This document shows positions 54,407 to 64,000 of a DNA stretch of 64,000 nucleotides, piece after piece. The translations under genes were made by a program, and so were the position numbers. Below the pieces are notes generated by a model, which made no database searches, was not told the DNA's origin, and saw only the letters and a program-made list of their open reading frames with translations. The stretch covers positions 2,006,297 to 2,070,296 of the forward strand of contig CM074819.1 in the NCBI GenBank assembly GCA_037447605.1. Direction: 5' to 3'. Source of the DNA: Zygnema circumcarinatum SAG 698-1b (lineage: Eukaryota; Plantae; Zygnematophyceae). Position 1 is the stretch's first letter. Each line of letters begins with the position of its first letter.

Positions 54407-55811
54407 GAACAGGCTTGAGTTTTTTTTGCATCGATCTTAAGCAAGATTGATTTGCAGTAAGGGATGGGCTTAAAGCAGTTATATATATACTTTTTCAACT
54501 ATTGGTGCCCATCCCAGCCTCCCTTTTTTTGCCCAATCTTTCATGTTCCTTTTGTCTGCCCATTATGCTTCCTCGTTGGCTTCTCCTTGTCGTCCCCTCC
54601 CAAGCCCTCACTCTTCCCTCTCATTTTTTAAGTATAGATTTATGAATGGCTATGAACCCCCTTTCTCACTCGTCCTCTCTCCCTCTCTCGCTCGCCCTCA
54701 CCCTTTCTCCCTCTCCCTCTCCCTCTCCTCCCACTCTTGCTCTCTTCCCCTCTCCATTTTTCTCTCTCCCCCCTCTCTCCCCCCTCTCTTCCCTCTCTCT
54801 CCCCATCTCTCCCACGCTCTCCCTCGCTCACTTCCTCTCTCCCTCTCGCCTTCCCTCTCCATCTCTCTCTCCCTCTCCCTTTCTCTCTCTCCCCCCTCTC
54901 TCCCTCTACTCTCTCCTTCTCTCACTTCCCCTCTCTCCCTCTTTCTCCCTTCCTCTCCCTCTCTCCCCCTCTCCCCCACTCTGCCCCCTTCTCTCTGCCA
55001 CTCTCTCCCTCTCTCCCTCGCTCCCTCTCCCTCACACTCCCTTTCCCTCTCCCTCCCCTCTCCCCCTTCTCTCTCCCACTCGCTCCCCATCTCTCCCCCT
55101 CCCTCCCTCTCTCTCTCTTTCATGCAGTTTCAGAGGCACACCTGTACGCATGCTCTCTCCTCTCTAACGAGGAAAGGAAAAAAGACATTCAAAATCATTC
55201 AAAGCAGAGAAAAAAAAATTCGCCTCCAAAAAGAAAAACCACGAGGAAGCCAGCGGAAACTGCAGTTTGGAAAAGGACACCCTTTCAGGCCACGACAGCG
55301 AATCGCTGACGTCATTATGCAGCGTCAGCAAAGGCTGTCAGCCAATCAGGAGCCACCGACCACCTTTGGAGACGTCAGCGGGTGTCGTAGGTAATTGAGT
55401 GTGACGTCATCAAAAGGTAGTCCGTGGGACCGTGACTCATGATTGGTCGACGGACCTTTGCTGACACTCCATCATGACGTCAGCTCCATCGTGGCCCTGA
55501 ACCTACCAACGTTTTCCCTTGTCTTATTTTCAAAAAAAAAAAAATCCGAAAAATTAAAGGTTCCACGTGTGAACGCGAGACCGGCTGATCGGGTTCACAT
55601 CGTAGGGTAGCTCGTCGGCCTAAAACCCTAAACCCTAAGAGTCCAAAACCGTAAACCCTAAAGTCTAACCCTGAACCCTAAAACCGGAATGCGACCTACT
55701 GTGCGCCGAAACCGCAATTATTCAACCCTAAAATTGGATTCCCAAAACCCTAAGCCCTAATCTTTAAAAATCTCAATTTTGGTGAAGCTTCCTGAACCCT
55801 ANNNNNNNNNN

Positions 55812-55862
<51 letters not shown>

Positions 55863-57263
55863 GGGGAGAGGAACAGGCTTGAGTTTTTTTTGCATCGATC
55901 TTAAGCAAGATTGATTTGCAGTAAGGGATGGGCTTAAAGCAGTTATATATATACTTTTTCAACTATTGGTGCCCATCCCAGCCTCCCTTTTTTTGCCCAA
56001 TCTTTCATGTTCCTTTTGTCTGCCCATTATGCTTCCTCGTTGGCTTCTCCTTGTCGTCCCCTCCCAAGCCCTCACTCTTCCCTCTCATTTTTTAAGTATA
56101 GATTTATGAATGGCTATGAACCCCCTTTCTCACTCGTCCTCTCTCCCTCTCGCTCGCCCTCACCCTTTCTCCCTCTCCCTCTCCCTCTCCTCCCACTCTT
56201 GCTCTCTTCCCCTCTCCATTTTTCTCTCTCCCCCCTCTCTCCCCCCTCTCTTCCCTCTCTCTCCCCATCTCTCCCACGCTCTCCCTCGCTCACTTCCTCT
56301 CTCCCTCTCGCCTTCCCTCTCCATCTCTCTCTCCCTCTCCCTTTCTCTCTCTCCCCCCTCTCTCCCTCTACTCTCTCCTTCTCTCACTTCCCCTCTCTCC
56401 CTCTTTCTCCCTTCCTCTCCCTCTCTCCCCCTCTCCCCCACTCTGCCCCCTTCTCTCTGCCACTCTCTCCCTCTCTCCCTCGCTCCCTCTCCCTCACACT
56501 CCCTTTCCCTCTCCCTCCCCTCTCCCCCTTCTCTCTCCCACTCGCTCCCCATCTCTCCCCCTCCCTCCCTCTCTCTCTCTTTCATGCAGTTTCAGAGGCA
56601 CACCTGTACGCATGCTCTCTCCTCTCTAACGAGGAAAGGAAAAAAGACATTCAAAATCATTCAAAGCAGAGAAAAAAAAATTCGCCTCCAAAAAGAAAAA
56701 CCACGAGGAAGCCAGCGGAAACTGCAGTTTGGAAAAGGACACCCTTTCAGGCCACGACAGCGAATCGCTGACGTCATTATGCAGCGTCAGCAAAGGCTGT
56801 CAGCCAATCAGGAGCCACCGACCACCTTTGGAGACGTCAGCGGGTGTCGTAGGTAATTGAGTGTGACGTCATCAAAAGGTAGTCCGTGGGACCGTGACTC
56901 ATGATTGGTCGACGGACCTTTGCTGACACTCCATCATGACGTCAGCTCCATCGTGGCCCTGAACCTACCAACGTTTTCCCTTGTCTTATTTTCAAAAAAA
57001 AAAAAATCCGAAAAATTAAAGGTTCCACGTGTGAACGCGAGACCGGCTGATCGGGTTCACATCGTAGGGTAGCTCGTCGGCCTAAAACCCTAAACCCTAA
57101 GAGTCCAAAACCGTAAACCCTAAAGTCTAACCCTGAACCCTAAAACCGGAATGCGACCTACTGTGCGCCGAAACCGCAATTATTCAACCCTAAAATTGGA
57201 TTCCCAAAACCCTAAGCCCTAATCTTTAAAAATCTCAATTTTGGTGAAGCTTCCTGAACCCTA
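54350..57263. repeat. Near-identical ~1.46-kb direct duplication split by a 10-N gap
   Basis: ~54350-55801 matches 55812-57263 (offset 1462). The only differences seen are microsatellite lengths. Confidence 0.92.
55307..55482. promoter_or_regulatory. Cluster of TGACGTCA (bZIP C-box/CRE-like) sites with CCAAT boxes; duplicated at 56769-56944
   Basis: TGACGTCA at 55307, 55402 and 55475, a related AGACGTCA between them, GCCAATCA near 55341 and GATTGG at 55441. Confidence 0.45.
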
Positions 57264-57383
57264 AAACCGGAATGCGACCTACTGTGCGCCGAAACCGCAA
57301 TTATTCAACCCTAAAATTGGATTCCCAAAACCCTAAGCCCTAATCTTTAAAAATCTCAATTTTGGTGAAGCTTCCTGAACCCT
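57142..57383. repeat. 121-bp tandem duplication
   Basis: AAAACCGGAATGCGACCTACTGTG...GAAGCTTCCTGAACCCT occurs twice in tandem, with a third copy at 55680-55801. Confidence 0.92.
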
Positions 57384-57712
57384 AAAACAAAAGCCGTTTT
57401 GTGAACCCTAAAACCCAAAACTCCAAATCTCTAAACCCCCGAATGCCCCGAATTCTCAAAATCCCCGTAACCTTAAAACCTAAATCTAGAACCTAAACTT
57501 GAAAAACCCGAAAGTCCTGAAAAGTAGAATTCCCAAACCCTCAAACCCAGACCTCCAAAACCTTAAACCCTAATTTGTATAACCTAGAACCCTAAAACCG
57601 TAAACCCTAAACCCTAAAACCTTAAACCCGAAACTGTAAACCCTAAAACCCTGAATCCGAAACCCTAAACCCTAAACCCTACTTCCTAAACCCTAAACCC
57701 TAAACCTAGACC

Positions 57713-59581
57713 ATGGAGGCCGCCTCCTTTCTGAGAGGCGGCTTTCTACAGAGCCTTCGGTCTTCACCATGGCGTGAAGCTTCGTGGAAGCTTCCCAGCT
57801 TCTCCGCCGCATTCGACCTAAAACCCCGAAGCACCAAAAGCTTCCAAAACCCTGAAACTTCTAAAACCCTAAATCCTAAATTTTCATTTGGGTTCCGCGA
57901 GAGGGAAGGAATAAGGAGGAAAGAAAATGCCACGTGGCGGGCTATGAGTGGAGGAGCCGAGTCGGAGGCGGTCTCTGCAGAGGCGGTATGTGGGACGGGT
58001 GATACGTGGCAGTTGATTACTGGTGACACGTGGCTGTTCACTGTCTCTTTCCAAACCCTAACCCTAACGTTCAGTCTAACTCCTTGCTTATTCCAACGCT
58101 TAATCCTAACCCTAACCCTAATCCAACCCTAACCCTAACCCTAACCCTAACCCTAACCCTAACCCTAACCCTAACCCTAACCCTCATCCTAACCCTAACT
58201 TTAAATCTAACCCTAATCCTAACCTTGATCCTAATTCAACCTTTACTCTGACCCTAATTTCATCCTGAACCCTAACCCTAAACCTACTCCAAACCTAACG
58301 TTAGCCCTAACCCTGACCTATTCTTAACCCTATCCCAACTCTCCTTCAACCCTATGCCAATACTATCAGTTGACCTTAATCCTAACCCTAATTCTTCCCT
58401 GCAGATCGATAGTCCAAGCAAGCCAACTGAAGCAGCTCCTTCTTCCCCTCCTCCCCCTTCCATAGTGAACGATTTGATCAACTTTCTGAATGCTTCCTGG
58501 ACTCCTTTTCATGCCACCGGTATGCCTTCCTTTCTTCTCTTCTCTGCCCAAATTTGGTGCCTTTTTTTTTTTCTTCCCTTTCTGAATCGATTCAGTTGAA
58601 TGCATGTCGCTGTTCATATTATAATTACTTTCCTAGCCCTTCATTTCAGATGAGGCCCGGAAGCTTCTTTTAGCTGCTGGGTTTCAGCAGCTCTCTGAAG
58701 CTAAGGAGTGGAATTTGGAGGAGGGAGGGCGCTACTTTTTCACGAGAAATATGTCTTCCATCGTCGCTTTCGCCATTGGCCGAAAGTGAGAAAACTTTAA
58801 ACTTTAAAAAACCCAAAATTTTCAAACGAATCCCAACACTTAAAACAGTTAGGAACCCGAAATTGCTGAAACTCTTTAAATCGAACAACCCTAAACTCAA
58901 AAATTCCTTCGCTGGCCCCTTTTCTCCCCTCCCCCTCTCTCGCCTCCAAGAGAGGGAGAGGGAGAGCGTGGGAGAGAGAAAGGAAGAGAGGGCGATTTAG
59001 AGGGAGAGAGAGAGAGAGAGGGTGAGTTAACAGCCATTCACACATTTATACTTCCCAAAAAAAGAGCGGAAAGTGTGAGGGTTTGGGAGGGGACGACAAG
59101 GAGAAAGAAAAAAAGACAAAACAATGGGAAAAAACTGAGGAAAAGTAGAGCCCCCAAAATCCCTAAAAACCCTAAAATCCCCGAGTGCAGGTATGTTGCC
59201 GGCAACGGTTTCCATGTGATCGCTGCCCACACCGACAGTCCGTGCCTGAAACTGAAACCAGTTTCCTCCGTTACAAAGCACGGATTTCTGTTGGTGGGAG
59301 TGCAGCCGTACGGAGGGGGTCTTTGGCACACGTGGTTTGACAGGGATCTCTCTGTGGGGGGGAGGGTCCTCCTCCGCTCTAAGGAGGGGAGGGTTCAACA
59401 TCGACTCGTCAAAGTGGATCGGCCAATCATGCGCATCCCCACGCTTGCGATCCACTTGGACAGGCAAGGGAGAGGGTTCAGAGTTCAAGGGTTAACCCTT
59501 TTGGAGGGGAGATTATTCAAGGGGGGGGGGGGGGAGAAAGTAGCACGGTTTTTGATCGGTTTGATTGAGGCATTTTTCTCG

Positions 59582-59648
<67 letters not shown>

Positions 59649-60292
59649 CGTAATTCTTTTGTAGGGCGATTTAAGGGTCCTTTAGGGTTTTTTTTTTATG
59701 GGATCATTAGGGTTTCTAGTGTTTCCTGGTGGGGTTGATTTTGGGGCTTTTATGGTCGTTTAGGTACTTTTTTAAAACAGTTTATTTTAGGGTTGATTGG
59801 CACAATGTAGGGTTGAATTGGGGCTCCTTAGGGCTTTTTCCTTCTAGGAATGTAAGGTTTCGGAAAACCCTAAAAAGAATATGAAGGTTTTGCGCTTTGG
59901 CTGTTCTACATAGAACGGGGGTTCACGTGCTGACAGGTGACGTGGCAGGACCGTGAATACGGACGGATTTAAACCTAATTTGGAGACACATGTGATTCCG
60001 TTACTCGCCACACATGTGAAGACGGAGCTCACGGGAGGGGCAGCGCAAGAAGGGAATGGAGCTGCAGCCACCAATGCGCCGCACCACTCTCTCCTTGTTA
60101 AGGTCAGAGCTCTCTCTCTCTCTCTACCTCTCTCTCTGTCTCACTTGCTCCCTCTCTCTCCCTCTCTTTCTCTCTCTCTCTCTACCTCTCTCTCTGTCTC
60201 ATCTCTCCCTCTCTCTCTCTGTGCAACTCTTTTTCTCTCTCTCTCCACCCCCCCTCTCTTTCTCTCTCACTCTTTCTACGTCTCTCTCTGTC

Positions 60293-60331
<39 letters not shown>

Positions 60332-61221
60332 CTCTTTCTCTTTCTCTCTTCTCCTCTCTTTCTCTCTGTCTGTCTCACTCTCTTCCTCTCTCCATGTAGG
60401 GCTCTCTCCCACCCATCATCCTTGAATTCTGCATTTCCCTCTTTCTCTCCCTCTTCCATATCTCCACCCTAAACTGACAATCCCCCAGAACCCCAAAATC
60501 TCTAAAACCTTAAACCCCTTCAATCCTAAAAACCGAACTCAATGTAAGAAGACCTGCACAGAATACTCACAGATAAACCTCTTTTTCACCTTTGACTCTG
60601 TATCCCGCAGATTATAGCAGAAGAATTAAAATGCGAACCGGAACAAGTGCTCGATTTTGAACTGAATGTTTGCGATACGCAACCAAGCTGCATAGGTGGA
60701 GGTCGAGAAGAGTTCATTTTCTCTGGTCGACTGGATAATCTTTTATCTTCTTATTGTGCTCTTCGAGCTCTTATCGATTCAACTCCCAATGAAGATTCTC
60801 TTGAAGATGAATCGGGGGTTCGAATGGTCGCTCTTTTTGATAATGAGGAGGTGAAATTTTTCATCTCCCTGCGAGAGTAGGAAGTCTGCATATTAATAAA
60901 AAAGGAAAAAAATTGCCTTTCTAGTGCTGTTTCCGCAGGTGTTTTTCAGTTTTGGAGTTTTGGGTTTGTGGGTTGTTGGGGACTTGGGTGCAGAGTCTTT
61001 TCAGGTAGTTATTGATAGTTATTGATTGATAGTTTTGGAGCTTTTTTTTGAGAGCAGGTTGGGAGTGAATCTGCCCAAGGAGCGGGCTCCCCTACTCTCT
61101 TCCAAGCCATGAAGAGAATTGCATTGTGGCTATCAAGAAATGAACAGTTGGAAGGTGTAATAGAGCGATCCATGCAACGCTCCTTCATTGGTAGGCTCCT
61201 CTCTCTCTCTCTCTCTCTCTC

Positions 61222-61258
<37 letters not shown>

Positions 61259-61918
61259 CTCTCTCGATGCCATCTAAACCCTTCACTATGTCCGTACAGA
61301 GAGGCCAACAAGTCCGTCTATCACTTCAGAACTCCATCCCTAAAGCGTGAATGTTTCAAACAACTCAAACTATCAATCTCTGTCTCCCTCTCCCACCCCA
61401 TCCCCTCCCATTCCCCCTTACGACCCTTCCATACAACCCCTCCCCTTGCAAATACCCCCCTAAAACCCTGCTCACAAACTAANNNNNNNNNNNNNNNNNN
61501 NNNNNNNNNNNNNNNNNNNNNNNNNNNNNNNNNNNNNNNNNNNNNNNNNNNNNNNNNNNNNNNNNNNNNNNNNNNNNNNNNNCCTCAATCAAACCCTCAA
61601 CTACTGCACCTTAATTGACTAATTTGTCATTCTAAATAAACCCTCAATCAAACCCTTAACCTCAAACCCTAACCCTAAACCATAAACCGCAAACCCTAAA
61701 CCCTAAACTCTTAACCCTCGACCAAACCGTAACCCTAAAACCTTTGTTTCGCAAACAAATTCCGTACGGCCCTCTCTCTCTCTCTCTCTCTCTCTCTTGG
61801 GCGGGCCAGCGCGCGGGAGATGTGCGGAGTGCGCGATGTCGACATCAGCTACCGACACTTTAGGGCCTTCTACGCGCACTTTTCTGAGATTGATGCGCAG
61901 CTTGTGGTGGATGGGTGA
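57713..61918 (+). CDS. DNPEP: Aspartyl aminopeptidase (peptidase M18) with a probable organellar transit peptide; internal exons hidden by the 100-N gap
   Basis: Exons 57713-57985, 58405-58519, 58650-58785, 59191-59463, 59949-60102, 60611-60850, 61058-61190, then the gap, then 61810-61918. Motifs: SWTPFHA, AHTDSPC, QPYGGGLWHTWFDRDL, GRLDNL, FDNEEVGSES, REMC. Confidence 0.92.
58065..58395. repeat. (CCCTAA)n hexameric telomere-like array in DNPEP intron 1
   Basis: About ten perfect CCCTAA units at 58125-58185 with degenerate flanks. Confidence 0.93.
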
Positions 61919-63451
61919 GGGGGAGAGGGAGAGGGAGAAGGAGAGGGAGAGGGAGTCGGACGGGGAGAGGGGGCGAGAGAGAGGGAATGGGAGTGGGAGG
62001 GGGAGAGGGGAGAGGAAGAGGGAGGAGAGGGAGAGGGAGTGGGAGAGGGAGGGGGAGAGGGAGAGTGAGAGGGAGAGCGAGGGAAGTGGCGAAGGGAGGG
62101 AGAGTGAGAGGGAGAAAGAGGCGTAGGAGGGAGGGGAGGGAGGGGGAGGGGGAGGGGGAGAGAGAGAGGAGAGGGGAGGGGGAAGAGGGGGAGGGAGAGT
62201 GAGTGGAAGAGGTAGGAGGGAGAGGGAGTGATATGTTGAGGGAGGGGGAGGGGGGAAAGGAGAGGGAGACGGAGACGAGGTGGACGAGGGGAAAGGGGGG
62301 CAGGGAGAGTGAGAGGGAGCGATAGGGATAGGAGGGAGAGAGAGAGAGAGATGGAGGGAGGGAGGGGAGGGAGAGAGTTGGGGAGAGCGAAAGGAGAGGC
62401 AGAGGGAAAAATCTCAAATTTGAATACAGTAACTGTACGTTTCTTAAAGTCGATTGGGCTGCACTGCAGAAGGAGACCCAAAGTGACAACATTTGTATGG
62501 GAAAGCTGGTGGGCCGTGAACTGAAGAACAGGCATTGGTTAAAACTAAACGAAGTTTAGAACTAAACCGAACTGCACCACATTTAAAATTTACATTCAAA
62601 CAATGCCACAACCTCATCTCTCATTCAAATATTTTTAAATATGTCCTTAAGCTTGAAGCTGAAGAGTTTCCTAGCCCTTCCACCAGCCTCACTAATACTC
62701 TACTACCGTACAGTAAGGACATGCTGTACAGTATGGATGGTGTACGTTTCTCGTTTGGACCACGTGGACGAATCAAACCTGGCCACGTGTGTCTACGACA
62801 GCGCAAATCGGTTTTGTGACCGTATGCGATAGATATCAGGGGCTGCCACGTCAGCCCTAATATGGAAAATTGGATTACGGCCCAACAAGTGTCTTTACGG
62901 AACACATGTGACTGAATCCGTTGTCTCGATAGCCCGCTTCGATAGCCCGACCGCACAGGAGCCGGCAGCGTTTGACCGGCCGGCCACGTCGCCGGCCGGC
63001 TGACCAACCGGCTGGCCGTCGTACGGACTTTTCGATTGCGCGGCGTTCGCCGCTCCGTCCGCCTGTCCTTGGCCGACTGTCCCCGGGGAAACGACCAACT
63101 GTCCTACCAACTGCCGACTGTCCCTGCCTGTAAACCAGGCGGTCTACAATGTTCTGTACGCCGGTTTGGGAATTTTCAGCCGGCCGGCAACCTCGGCCGT
63201 CGCCGGCCTGACGTGGTGCGACCTGGTGGCNNNNNNNNNNAGAGGGAGAGGGAGAGGGAGGGAGAGGAGGGAGGGAGGGAGGCGGGGGAGGAAGTGGGGG
63301 AAGGGGGAGAGGAGGGAGAGGGAGAGGAAGCGGAGGGAGAGCAAGTGGAGGCAGTTCGAGTGGAACAGGAGAGCTTGGGAGAGGACGAGGAGGGAGAGAG
63401 AGAGGGGAAGGAGAGGGAGCTGACGGCAGCCGAGGGAGGGAGGGAGTGCAG

Positions 63452-63989
63452 GCCTTCGTGGTCCGCAACGACATGGGTTGTGGGTCCACCATTGGGCCCA
63501 TCTTGGCCGCCGCCACCGGCATTCGGACGGTGGACGTGGGTGTGCCGCAGCTCTCCATGCACAGGTGGGGGCGCAACCCTAAACCCTAAACCCTAAACCC
63601 TAAACCCTAACCCTTAAACCCTTATTCTAAACCCTAAACCCTCAATCAAACCCTTAACCTTAAACCCTAACCCTAAACCCTAACCCCTAAACCCTTATTC
63701 TAAACCTTAAACCCTCAATCAAACCCTTAACCTCAAACCCTAACCCTAAACCATAAACCGCAAACCCTAAACCCTAAACTCTTAACCCTCGACCAAACCG
63801 TAACCCTAAAACCTTTGTTTCGCAAACAAATTCCGTACGGCCCTCTCTCTCTCTCTCTCTCTCTCTCTTGGGCGGGCCAGCGCGCGGGAGATGTGCGGAG
63901 TGCGCGATGTCGACATCAGCTACCGACACTTTAGGGCCTTCTACGCGCACTTTTCTGAGATTGATGCGCAGCTTGTGGTGGATGGGTGA
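63452..63989 (+). CDS. DNPEP: Second occurrence of the DNPEP 3' end (penultimate and last exon)
   Basis: Exon 63452-63564 ([17 protein letters not shown]...[13 protein letters not shown]) and exon 63881-63989, which is identical to 61810-61918 including the upstream intron. It follows a 10-N gap. Confidence 0.85.
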
Positions 63990-64000
63990 GGGGGAGAGGG

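Noticed and set aside
54350-57263. 1.46-kb tandem duplication as a biological novelty
   Set aside because: The copies are nearly identical, differ only in microsatellite length and meet at an N gap, which is typical of unmerged contig overlap or haplotigs.
58125-58185. True chromosome end or telomere fusion site
   Set aside because: The run is short and intronic, flanked on both sides by in-frame exons of the same gene.

Overview
Draft eukaryotic scaffold with several 10-N and 100-N gaps. It comes from the green plant lineage, most plausibly a streptophyte alga or early-diverging plant (inferred from gene content, telomere-like repeats and intron style; the species cannot be fixed from sequence alone). 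Positions 1-8.3 kb are decayed transposons: a minus-strand Ty1/Copia element with an internally deleted Ty3/Gypsy chromovirus nested inside it. Six host loci follow, their introns filled with simple and telomere-like repeats: an inverted pair of pGlcT-like sugar porters (a broken copy B on minus, a copy A on plus), NodGS (amidohydrolase fused to glutamine synthetase, 17 exons, 839 aa, one U12-type AT-AC intron), an HLTF/SMARCA3-like helicase-E3 ligase, a BASS4-like transporter, a low-complexity orphan ORF, and an M18 aspartyl aminopeptidase with a GC-AG intron. The most unexpected signal is a ~370 bp insert at 20865-21239 made of two joined bacterial-type gene fragments (thyA and polX). It lies in gap-free host sequence and is absent at the matching position of the older duplicate. 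Most long ORFs in the supplied track are artefacts of simple repeats. No rRNA, tRNA or CRISPR array was found.
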